NCBI RefSeq assembly: GCF_029504745.1 | Contig: NZ_JAQFIQ010000026.1 | Location: 1 to 32,000, forward strand | Direction of reading: 5' to 3' | Length of the DNA stretch: 32,000 nucleotides | Source of the DNA: Breznakia sp. PF5-3 | Lineage (GTDB): Bacteria > Bacillota_I > Bacilli_A > Erysipelotrichales > Erysipelotrichaceae | Part shown: piece after piece, positions 6,578 through 13,965 of the stretch | Layout: every line of letters begins with the position of its first letter | Numbering within the stretch: the stretch's first letter is position 1 | The notes under the pieces: generated by a model | Databases searched by the model: none | What the model was told of the DNA's origin: nothing | What the model saw: the letters and a program-made list of their open reading frames with translations, nothing else | Made by a program: the position numbers and the translations under genes

Positions 6578-8773
6578 CTATATAGCAATAATTGTTAATA
6601 CTCCATTCAACCAATGATATTGAATCGAACGATTTATTGAGTTAAAAACCTGATTTGCAATTGCTTCAACCCTTTCAGGTGTAATCGTTTCAGGAAGTTT
6701 TAAAGTAGCTGTATTGGATGTTCCTAGCATACTAATAAATCGACTACTTGCCTCATTCTCGTTTACATAGAGTCCATGATAACGATAGTATTCATACTTA
6801 TCATCATTCGCTTTATAATCATCTAAATTATCATCTAATAAAAAGTATTCATCTTCTGTATAAATTTTTTCTCCAATTGCATCGGATAGTAATAAAACAG
6901 AATTGGTAGCAGCATCCCCATCATTGGTTGTAACATCCACAATATACCACTGTCCTCCAATATTTACTCGGTTCCAAGCATGACGAATATCTGGATCAGC
7001 ATTCATATGCCCACTAATTGAAATACATTCCAACCCAGCTGCTTCACAAAGCAATTGAAATGCTGTAGAATACCCCTCACAAACTGCTATTTTATTAATT
7101 AATATCCCATACGCAGTATTAGAATCATAATATGCTTCTCCCAATTTTCCAGTAGTTTTGATAACATCAGCCGCTGCCGTATCATAAACAGCTTGATTAC
7201 ATATGTAATCATTGATTGCATATACTTTCTCTTCATCCTTCATCCCTGGTTTAATAATCTCACTTGACACTTGTTTTACAGCATCACGAATCGCCTGTTG
7301 CTTTTGCTTACGTGTTTGCGGATCGTACAAATAATGTACATATATCTCTTTACTACTAAAATAAACATCATATTCTTTCACTTGCATAATCATTGGATTT
7401 TGATTAATTATTTGTTGTAATAAATCATGCAAATAAAACATATCTACATCGCTATTATAATATGCTGAAAAATCAATTATATGTGCTCCATCTATCATAT
7501 TTTTAGCGATATACTCTTCCAACTCTGAAGTTGAAAACACCTTATCCTTAACATCTGGCATAGTACTTGATTTCACTGCATTAGCAGCTACTGTCTTTTT
7601 ACTCTTATATGTATATTCTTTATTATCTAATGCTTTATAGTCTTTGTTTATTTTCTTTACTTGTTTTTTTAATTGCTCCTCATAAGCTTTCTCATCATAT
7701 GTACTTACGATGAATTCGTCTTTTAACGCAGAATTATCTATCGTATAAGGAACATGCAATTTAGCACTTTCAACATATACATCTTTTGCATTAATCTTTG
7801 GTTTTTGATATACCGTATTCCCATCACAAGCACTTACAATCACTGTACTAGGAATTGATTCAATAGACGCTACCTCTTTTTTATAATTCGTTTCCGTTTG
7901 CGCATACGTTGCAAAAGCACATACTTCTTCCTTTGCATCATATTCTTTTGGCCATCCCATAGTAGATATGTTTTTATCGTCCATTGCAACAATTGCATAA
8001 CGAACACCTGCATATCCAATCACATCATCATTTTCCCACCAATACGAATCTTCAAGACGATATTGTTCATCTTCAGAAACTTTGTAGGAACCTAATACTT
8101 CATCTGCTCCTAAGACATACTTTGTTTTCTTAGTAGTAGCTAGTTCTTCTGCTTCACTTTCTCCAGCATCCGTAATACTTAACTTAACAAGCGCATATTT
8201 TTTAGCACCACTAACCTCATCCCATGACAACTTTACTTTCCCATCTTTTTGATATGAAAGTTTCACTTCTGGTGTTTCTATATCTCGTTCGATTGTAAAG
8301 GAAGTAACTTCTTTTTGCTTCAATGCTTTTCCTGTATCCAAATCCATATTTTGCACTAAAAAGTATTCTGGATAAATCCCCCAGTCTTCTTCATTACTCA
8401 CATCAAATGTTTTTCCATCACTTTCTATTCGTTGTCTTTCTTCTGGTTCAATCAGTAGCTTTTTTTCTTTCTTATCATAATAGATATCTACTTTAAATCT
8501 TTCATCCAATTGTGAATTTACATATACAGTGAATACATCCTTAGCTTTGATATCTTTCTTCTTCAAGGCTTTTGCCATATCTCCGCTAACTTCATATTCA
8601 AATACATGATCTTTATCCAAATCCGATAATGTCTCTACATATTTAACATCTTCTCTTTGTTCATAATATTCTTTCAAACTCTCTTCTATATTCGAACCCG
8701 AACCACATGCACTTACTATAATTAATAAGCTACATAAGAAGAGTACTCCCAATTGTTTTATTCTTTTATTCAT
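6578..8773 (-). CDS. Large lipoprotein with C-terminal transglutaminase-like (papain-fold Cys-His-Asp) domain
   Basis: I chose the start at 8773 (GGAGGGA SD 7 nt upstream), giving 731 aa. The signal peptide has the lipobox 'IVSAC' (Cys23, codon 8705-8707). A 'KLSWDEVSGAKKYAL' Fn3-like segment is present. The TGase core is 'VCEGYS' (Cys codon 7079-7081), 'RHAWN' and 'IVDVT'. Confidence 0.8.
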   Translation of the reverse strand: MNKRIKQLGVLFLCSLLIIVSACGSGSNIEESLKEYYEQREDVKYVETLSDLDKDHVFEYEVSGDMAKALKKKDIKAKDVFTVYVNSQLDERFKVDIYYDKKEKKLLIEPEERQRIESDGKTFDVSNEEDWGIYPEYFLVQNMDLDTGKALKQKEVTSFTIERDIETPEVKLSYQKDGKVKLSWDEVSGAKKYALVKLSITDAGESEAEELATTKKTKYVLGADEVLGSYKVSEDEQYRLEDSYWWENDDVIGYAGVRYAIVAMDDKNISTMGWPKEYDAKEEVCAFATYAQTETNYKKEVASIESIPSTVIVSACDGNTVYQKPKINAKDVYVESAKLHVPYTIDNSALKDEFIVSTYDEKAYEEQLKKQVKKINKDYKALDNKEYTYKSKKTVAANAVKSSTMPDVKDKVFSTSELEEYIAKNMIDGAHIIDFSAYYNSDVDMFYLHDLLQQIINQNPMIMQVKEYDVYFSSKEIYVHYLYDPQTRKQKQQAIRDAVKQVSSEIIKPGMKDEEKVYAINDYICNQAVYDTAAADVIKTTGKLGEAYYDSNTAYGILINKIAVCEGYSTAFQLLCEAAGLECISISGHMNADPDIRHAWNRVNIGGQWYIVDVTTNDGDAATNSVLLLSDAIGEKIYTEDEYFLLDDNLDDYKANDDKYEYYRYHGLYVNENEASSRFISMLGTSNTATLKLPETITPERVEAIANQVFNSINRSIQYHWLNGVLTIIAI

Positions 8774-9350
8774 CTTCATGTCCCTCCAATACCATAAGTA
8801 ATTCTTGATCATTATATTCTGAAAGTATGTATACGCGTTTAAATGCAGAAGCAGTAATTGCTTTTTGTAAGTTATAATCATTACTCAATAATTTAAAGAA
8901 CCGTACATCTGCATATTTAAAGTATCTTTCACAATCTTCAATCACTAACTCTAGATAAACTAGGTCTTCATAGTAATTTAAGCTTTTTCTTGTTTTATCC
9001 TCAATGATTTGAATAATTTTATTTTTATATTCTTCAAACCCTGGAATATCAGAAGATACTTCTTCTACCGAAAACAAAACCCATGATGAAGTATTTGGCA
9101 AGCGAGTATATACTTTTAAAAACTCATTTTCAACACTTAGGTTTACTGATTTTTCCAGTTGCATATGTTTATTAAAATGCTTTGCTCGCTCTTGGCTTAT
9201 ATATAATTCTGTAATTTCTACACCAAATTTATCTACCCCATCTTTTTCGCATAATAAAAAATCAGGACGTTCATCTGGGATAATAGAATACTCCTCATCC
9301 TGATAAATTTTATTCAATATTTCTTTCTCTCGATGCTTCTTCTTATCCAT
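8766..9350 (-). CDS. Hypothetical cytoplasmic protein with a PD-(D/E)xK-like N-terminal motif
   Basis: 194 aa with no signal peptide. 'ERPDFLLCEKDGVDKFGVEITELY' resembles the PD...ExK beta-strands of restriction-endonuclease-fold proteins, but with Thr at the Lys position. It overlaps the lipoprotein start by 8 nt (ATGAATAA). It is first in the cassette, behind an extended -10. Confidence 0.55.
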   Translation of the reverse strand: MDKKKHREKEILNKIYQDEEYSIIPDERPDFLLCEKDGVDKFGVEITELYISQERAKHFNKHMQLEKSVNLSVENEFLKVYTRLPNTSSWVLFSVEEVSSDIPGFEEYKNKIIQIIEDKTRKSLNYYEDLVYLELVIEDCERYFKYADVRFFKLLSNDYNLQKAITASAFKRVYILSEYNDQELLMVLEGHEDE

Positions 9351-9368
9351 ACGTTACTTTCCTGTTCT

Positions 9369-9377
9369 ATTATAGCA
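9369..9377 (-). promoter_or_regulatory. Extended -10 (TGCTATAAT) for the 9350->6008 cassette
   Basis: The minus strand reads TGCTATAAT 19 nt upstream of the ATG at 9350. No good -35 is present. Confidence 0.4.
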
Positions 9378-9406
9378 TAAATGATTTTTCTTTTTAGAAA
9401 ATATAT

Positions 9407-9435
9407 TTGTATTCTTAAAATATCTATACTATTAT
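9407..9435 (+). promoter_or_regulatory. Candidate promoter of the MFS gene
   Basis: TTGTAT-N17-TATTAT, 35 nt upstream of the ATG at 9470. Confidence 0.4.
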
Positions 9436-9469
9436 GAAAGTATATTGTGTCTAAAGGGGAACCATCTTT

Positions 9470-10717
9470 ATGAAAAAAAGCAAATTTACCAAATTAGAAA
9501 AATATTGGATTTTATACGATGTAGGAAACTCAGCTTTTATTATGCTCGTATCTACAATTATTCCTATATATTTCAACAGTTTAGCAGAAAGTGCAAATAT
9601 CTCTGAAGTAGATTATTTAGCATATTGGGGATATGCAGTATCCTTATCCACTTTAATCATTGCATTCATTGGTCCAATCTTAGGAACTATTTCGGACACC
9701 AAAGGATATCGTAAACCAATCTTCACCTTAAGTATGATGATTGGTGTCATCTGTTGTGCAGCTCTTTCTTTAGCGACTTCATGGATTATATTCCTTGCTA
9801 TCTTTGTAATCGCAAAAGTTGGATATTCTGCAAGTCTTATTTTCTACGATTCCATGCTTTGCGATATTACAACCCCAGAGCGAATGGATGAGGTTTCCTC
9901 ACAAGGTTATGCTTGGGGATACATTGGAAGTTGTATACCATTTATCATCAGTTTGATGTTCGTCTTATTCTATGAAGATATCGGCATCTCACTTGCTATA
10001 GCAATGATGATTGCTTTCTTTCTAAATGCAGGATGGTGGTTACTTGTAACCATTCCACTGCTTAAAAACTACGAACAAAAACATTATATTGAACCAAAGA
10101 AATATCCTATCAAGGAAAGCTTTCAACGGTTTCGAAATGCAATCAAAGAAATTAAAGAACACAAAAAGATATTCTTATTCCTGCTCGCTTTCTTTTTCTA
10201 CATCGATGGTGTTTACACAATCATTGAAATGGCTACTGCCTATGGAAGTGCTTTGGGATTAGATACACAAGGATTACTATTAGCATTGTTAGTAACACAA
10301 CTGGTAGCTTTCCCCTTTGCAATTCTATTTGGAAGACTATCAAGAAAATATAAAACTGCATCCTTAATTAAATTCTGTATTATTGCATATGCTGGGATTG
10401 CTTTATTTGCAATTCAATTAGATCAACAATGGGAATTCTGGTTTCTTGCAATTTGTGTAGGTATGTTTCAAGGAGCTGTACAAGCATTATCGAGATCATA
10501 TTTCGCAAAGATTATCCCTCCTGAAAAAACAGGCGAATTCTTTGGTATTTTTGATATCTGTGGAAAAGGTGCATCCTTTATAGGAACAGCTTTAATGGGA
10601 CTATTTGCTCAACTTACTAAGAATGTAAACAGTGGAGTCATCATCTTAGTCATCATGTTTATTATCGGCTTCTTCATCTTTTCAAAAGCAGAACGAACTA
10701 GTGATGAAACAAAGTAA
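9470..10717 (+). CDS. MFS transporter, UMF1/Atg22-like family
   Basis: 415 aa with about 12 hydrophobic segments. The N-terminal 'KLEKYWILYDVGNSAF' is characteristic of the UMF1 family. Confidence 0.8.
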   Translation: MKKSKFTKLEKYWILYDVGNSAFIMLVSTIIPIYFNSLAESANISEVDYLAYWGYAVSLSTLIIAFIGPILGTISDTKGYRKPIFTLSMMIGVICCAALSLATSWIIFLAIFVIAKVGYSASLIFYDSMLCDITTPERMDEVSSQGYAWGYIGSCIPFIISLMFVLFYEDIGISLAIAMMIAFFLNAGWWLLVTIPLLKNYEQKHYIEPKKYPIKESFQRFRNAIKEIKEHKKIFLFLLAFFFYIDGVYTIIEMATAYGSALGLDTQGLLLALLVTQLVAFPFAILFGRLSRKYKTASLIKFCIIAYAGIALFAIQLDQQWEFWFLAICVGMFQGAVQALSRSYFAKIIPPEKTGEFFGIFDICGKGASFIGTALMGLFAQLTKNVNSGVIILVIMFIIGFFIFSKAERTSDETK

Positions 10718-10730
10718 AAAAATATATAAA

Positions 10731-10758
10731 AAAAGAAGCAACTATATTTGCTTCTTTT
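10731..10758. terminator. Bidirectional terminator shared by the convergent MFS and phosphatase genes
   Basis: 10-11 bp stem AAAGAAGCAA/TTGCTTCTTT with a 6-nt loop, flanked by A-run/T-run on both sides. The right arm overlaps the phosphatase stop codon. Confidence 0.7.
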
Positions 10759-10759
10759 C

Positions 10760-11491
10760 TTATCCTTGATCAATAAAACGATCTTTAATTTTTTGTAAAA
10801 CTTGCTGTTCAATATTACAAGATAATAAGTATTGTTCAACATTCCCATAAGTCTTTTCAATATAATCCAAACTTGGTTCCATATATTCTGGCAATGAATA
10901 CATAAAGTGCATTTGATCTTTTTCAATCTCATCAAAAAGGTGACTTCCTTTTTTATATCGTAAATTGGTAAAGGTTTGTTCATAGTTAGTAATAATATCT
11001 TGACGATCGACACCAACTAATCCAAGCAATAACATAGCTACAACACCTGTGCGATCTTTCCCAGCAGCACAGTGAAACAACATCACCCCATCTGGCATAT
11101 CAGCAATTGTCTTCATGATAGTTTTTACTTGCTCTTTATGTTTCAACAAGCCAAGATAAAAACTTCCCATTGTAAAATCAACTTCTACACTATCCACTTC
11201 ACTTACATCACCAATTCCTTGAATCATAAAAGGAACATGTTTATGAACAATGTCCTTATCCCCCATAAGTGTATCTGGACGTTCCTTAATTTCTTTGTCA
11301 CTTCTTAAATCAAGAATAGATGTAAGTCCATAAGCCTTTAAATACTTAACATCATAATCACTTAGTGCTGAGATATCATCGCTACGCAAAAAGCAATGCC
11401 ATTTTGTTGATTGATTATCACGAATTGGATATCCCCCTAATTCACGAACATTTTTCGCATTCTCAAGTGGTAAACGTACTAAATTTTTCAT
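10760..11491 (-). CDS. Tyrosine-protein phosphatase (Y_phosphatase3-type, CX5R)
   Basis: 243 aa. The active-site P-loop is 'HCAAGKDRTG', and 'NVRELGGYP' is present at the N-terminus. A GGAGGG SD lies upstream. Confidence 0.85.
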   Translation of the reverse strand: MKNLVRLPLENAKNVRELGGYPIRDNQSTKWHCFLRSDDISALSDYDVKYLKAYGLTSILDLRSDKEIKERPDTLMGDKDIVHKHVPFMIQGIGDVSEVDSVEVDFTMGSFYLGLLKHKEQVKTIMKTIADMPDGVMLFHCAAGKDRTGVVAMLLLGLVGVDRQDIITNYEQTFTNLRYKKGSHLFDEIEKDQMHFMYSLPEYMEPSLDYIEKTYGNVEQYLLSCNIEQQVLQKIKDRFIDQG

Positions 11492-11725
11492 CTTTTTCCC
11501 TCCAAAATCATTAGCTATATTCTATCATTGATATTCCTAAATATCTAATAATAAAGAAAAATAATTCCTCTATAATATCATAAGTATGCTAATATTTTAT
11601 ATGAAAAAAATACATTTTTATCTTAAATCCAGTAAAATGTAGTGTTTATCTATGTTTTAGGCTCATAATACATGCCATTTACTACTTTCTAGTAACAGAC
11701 TTTATAAATAGCCCCCATACAGTGC

Positions 11726-11754
11726 TTCATATCTATTCTTTTTACTGATATAAT
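11726..11754 (+). promoter_or_regulatory. Candidate promoter of the DUF3795 gene
   Basis: TTCATA-N17-TATAAT, about 70 nt upstream of the start. Confidence 0.35.
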
Positions 11755-11820
11755 TGAATAAATATAAATTTGTAAATCAGTTTAAGAGAGAAACCGTAAA
11801 AATGATAAGGGGGAATAACC

Positions 11821-12240
11821 TTGAAAATGCCAGATAGAATTGAAGATATTATGCTCGCCCCCTGTGGCATGGATTGTGCCGTCTGCTATAAACATGTAGG
11901 CGTACGAAAATATGGGAAACCTTGCGAGGGATGTTTGAAAGGTGCTTTAGGAAAACCTGAACATTGTCGCAAGTGCAATATCAAAAGTTGTGCACAGGAG
12001 AAGGGATATGTACATTGTTTTGAGTGTGCTGACTTCCCCTGTAAACTGATTAAAAATCTTGATAAGAGCTACCAAAAAAGATATAAAACAAGCCTTATTG
12101 AAAACAGTATCGTAGCTCATGAAAAGGGAATTGTCGGCTTTTTAGAACAAGACCGTCGAAAATGGACTTGTTTAAAATGTGGCGGAGCTTTCTCCCTCCA
12201 CGATGGGGCTTGTAGTGAGTGTGGAAATACAGAACGCTAA
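11821..12240 (+). CDS. DUF3795-like cysteine-rich protein
   Basis: 139 aa from TTG 11821, or 137 aa from ATG 11827; an AAGGGGGA SD lies upstream. 'LAPCGMDCAVCYKH' plus several further CxxC pairs are typical of DUF3795. Hand-counted GC is 41-43%. Confidence 0.7.
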   Translation: MKMPDRIEDIMLAPCGMDCAVCYKHVGVRKYGKPCEGCLKGALGKPEHCRKCNIKSCAQEKGYVHCFECADFPCKLIKNLDKSYQKRYKTSLIENSIVAHEKGIVGFLEQDRRKWTCLKCGGAFSLHDGACSECGNTER

Positions 12241-12258
12241 TCAACATTAAAAACAAAT

Positions 12259-12284
12259 GACTGACAACTTCCAGTTTGTCAGTC
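12259..12284 (+). other. Perfect 9-bp hairpin without U-tract
   Basis: GACTGACAA (12259-12267) pairs with TTGTCAGTC (12276-12284) around an 8-nt loop. Confidence 0.5.
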
Positions 12285-12310
12285 AGTAAATATCAATTTA
12301 GTAATCAATA

Positions 12311-12346
12311 GAACCCGACAATTAAACTGTCAGGTTCTGTTTTTTT
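12311..12346 (+). terminator. Rho-independent terminator downstream of the DUF3795 gene
   Basis: Stem 12311-12320/12328-12337 (9/10 pairs) with a 7-nt loop, followed by TGTTTTTTT. Confidence 0.7.
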
Positions 12347-12506
12347 GATAGCAATCTTTCAGATTGCCGAGAGGAATATTGGGCAGAGTTTGAATAATGT
12401 CCCTAATCATTATTTTTATCTAATGAAATTTAAAGTGATTTTATTACATCTGTTATAATTTTCAATACATGTGGTTCGCCTGAACTGAGAATGTCACTGA
12501 CTTCAC

Positions 12507-12887
12507 TTATTGAACAGAAATATGAATCGTAATCGAACCATCTTCACTATACTTTTCATAATCTGTTTGATAGGTACGTTTAGCTTCTAATTGGGAATCG
12601 TTCCAAATGGCTTGCCAGGCCTTATTGATATTTTGTATATCATTATTTTCTACTGGGACAACGATGTATTTGGTTTCCTTTAACTGGATACTCTCTTTTA
12701 AATTAGCAGTCGTTGTACCGATTAATAAATCGTAATCCCCTAAATGATTGGATGCATAATTATAATATACAGCGTACATATCTCCCTTTAATTGTAAGGG
12801 GAATATCGTTTTCCATAATTCCATAATCGCATCAATATCGTTGTTATTTGTTCTGATTTTCTTTCCTTTAATGATTGTTTCTTGCAT
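12507..12887 (-). CDS. GyrI-like / Cass2-type small-molecule (effector) binding domain protein
   Basis: 126 aa. The overall pattern ('AIMELWKTIFP', 'YAVYYNY...DYDLLIG', 'AWQAIWN', 'DYEKYSEDGSITIHISV') matches stand-alone AraC-effector/GyrI-like domains. An AAGGAGAAG SD lies upstream. Confidence 0.7.
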   Translation of the reverse strand: MQETIIKGKKIRTNNNDIDAIMELWKTIFPLQLKGDMYAVYYNYASNHLGDYDLLIGTTTANLKESIQLKETKYIVVPVENNDIQNINKAWQAIWNDSQLEAKRTYQTDYEKYSEDGSITIHISVQ

Positions 12888-12946
12888 TTGTCTTCTCCTT
12901 CTTAATTAGATATTTGGTATCTAAAATAAGAATAACAGGATAATGT

Positions 12947-12962
12947 TGACAACAGTATGTCA
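12947..12962. promoter_or_regulatory. Inverted repeat TGACA-N6-TGTCA between the WYL and GyrI-like genes
   Basis: Read directly (tgacaacagtatgtca). It abuts the WYL stop codon and overlaps a possible -35 (TTGTCA) for the GyrI-like gene. Confidence 0.25.
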
Positions 12963-13868
12963 TCATTGATAAAGAAGTTGCATATTTTCAATCATTTCTT
13001 TATGTTTTTCTTTTAACCAACTAGGCTGTATGACTGTTACATCCTTACTAAACATCAGTAAAAAGGGAATTACATTACCAGTTGATTGGTAGGGGAATGT
13101 AACAAGAACCTCCTTTTCTTGAATGGTCATTTGTTCGTCTAAAAAGAAGTCATATAGTTTTCCTAGAGCCTTTTTTTGAAAGGACAGTGTAATTTCTATT
13201 TGTTGGGAAGAAAAATTTGTACTTGTAGGAATGTTCCTTTTATCATAAGTTACTTTTATTATGTCAATTTCTCGTATTCTTGTTAGTTTAAAAAAGCGAA
13301 TATCTTTACGTAATTCGCAAAAGGCTTCTACATACCAACTTCCATTTTCTAATTTTAATGCTAGTGGGCAGATAATCCTACTAGAGAATTCACCCTGTCC
13401 AGTAATATAGGTGATTTTCATTTTATACTGATTTTTGATAATTGTATGTATGTCTTCAAGCTTTTGATTTGTTTGTTCTTCAATTCGTGGATGATGCAAT
13501 GTAACAGATGAAAAATTCATGGGTACTATCACTTCTTCCTTAGTACGAATCGATTGTAATTTTGTTTTTACAATCGTATCATTCTTTTGAAAGGACAACA
13601 CTTGTTCTTGGAGGTTTAATGCTTCTATTATTTTTTGTTTTTCTTGTGTATTAAAAGTAAAACGATGCATTTTAAAAGTGTCTATAAAGCCAAATCCACC
13701 ATATTTACCAGGATACGAAATAATCGGGAAGCCAGCGAATTCTAATGTCTCGATATCTCGATATATCGTTCGTTTTGTCACTTCAAATTGTTTTGCTAAA
13801 GTGTTTGCGGAAACAATCTCTTTTTCTAATAATAGGATAATAATAGATAGTAATCTTTCAATTTTCAT
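12963..13868 (-). CDS. YafY-family transcriptional regulator (HTH_11 + WYL domain)
   Basis: 301 aa. The N-terminus 'MKIERLLSIIILLLEKEIVSANTLAKQFEVTKRTIYRDIETLEFAGFPI' is a classic YafY HTH. The WYL-domain core is 'GSWYVEAFCELRKDIRFFKLTRI'. Confidence 0.85.
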   Translation of the reverse strand: MKIERLLSIIILLLEKEIVSANTLAKQFEVTKRTIYRDIETLEFAGFPIISYPGKYGGFGFIDTFKMHRFTFNTQEKQKIIEALNLQEQVLSFQKNDTIVKTKLQSIRTKEEVIVPMNFSSVTLHHPRIEEQTNQKLEDIHTIIKNQYKMKITYITGQGEFSSRIICPLALKLENGSWYVEAFCELRKDIRFFKLTRIREIDIIKVTYDKRNIPTSTNFSSQQIEITLSFQKKALGKLYDFFLDEQMTIQEKEVLVTFPYQSTGNVIPFLLMFSKDVTVIQPSWLKEKHKEMIENMQLLYQ

Positions 13869-13895
13869 AGTTTGGCATCCTTTCTATTTGCTATA

Positions 13896-13924
13896 AGAAT
13901 AGGATAACAAACAAACGATGTCAA
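13896..13924 (-). promoter_or_regulatory. Candidate promoter of the WYL regulator gene
   Basis: Minus strand reads TTGACA-N17-TATTCT. The -35 is a perfect consensus. Confidence 0.45.
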
Positions 13925-13937
13925 ATATATTTTTTTG

Positions 13938-13965
13938 AAAAAAAAGAAACTATTACTAGTTTCTT
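13938..13965 (-). terminator. Rho-independent terminator after the ABC permease gene
   Basis: Perfect 9-bp stem 13944-13952/13957-13965 with a 4-nt loop, then a U6+ tract. The stem touches the stop codon. Confidence 0.75.

Noticed and set aside
10609-11016. 135-aa minus-strand ORF overlapping the end of the MFS gene and the tyrosine-phosphatase gene.
   Set aside because: It is an alternative frame of the phosphatase gene, crosses the bidirectional terminator, has low-complexity Lys/Leu/Ile composition and has no SD.
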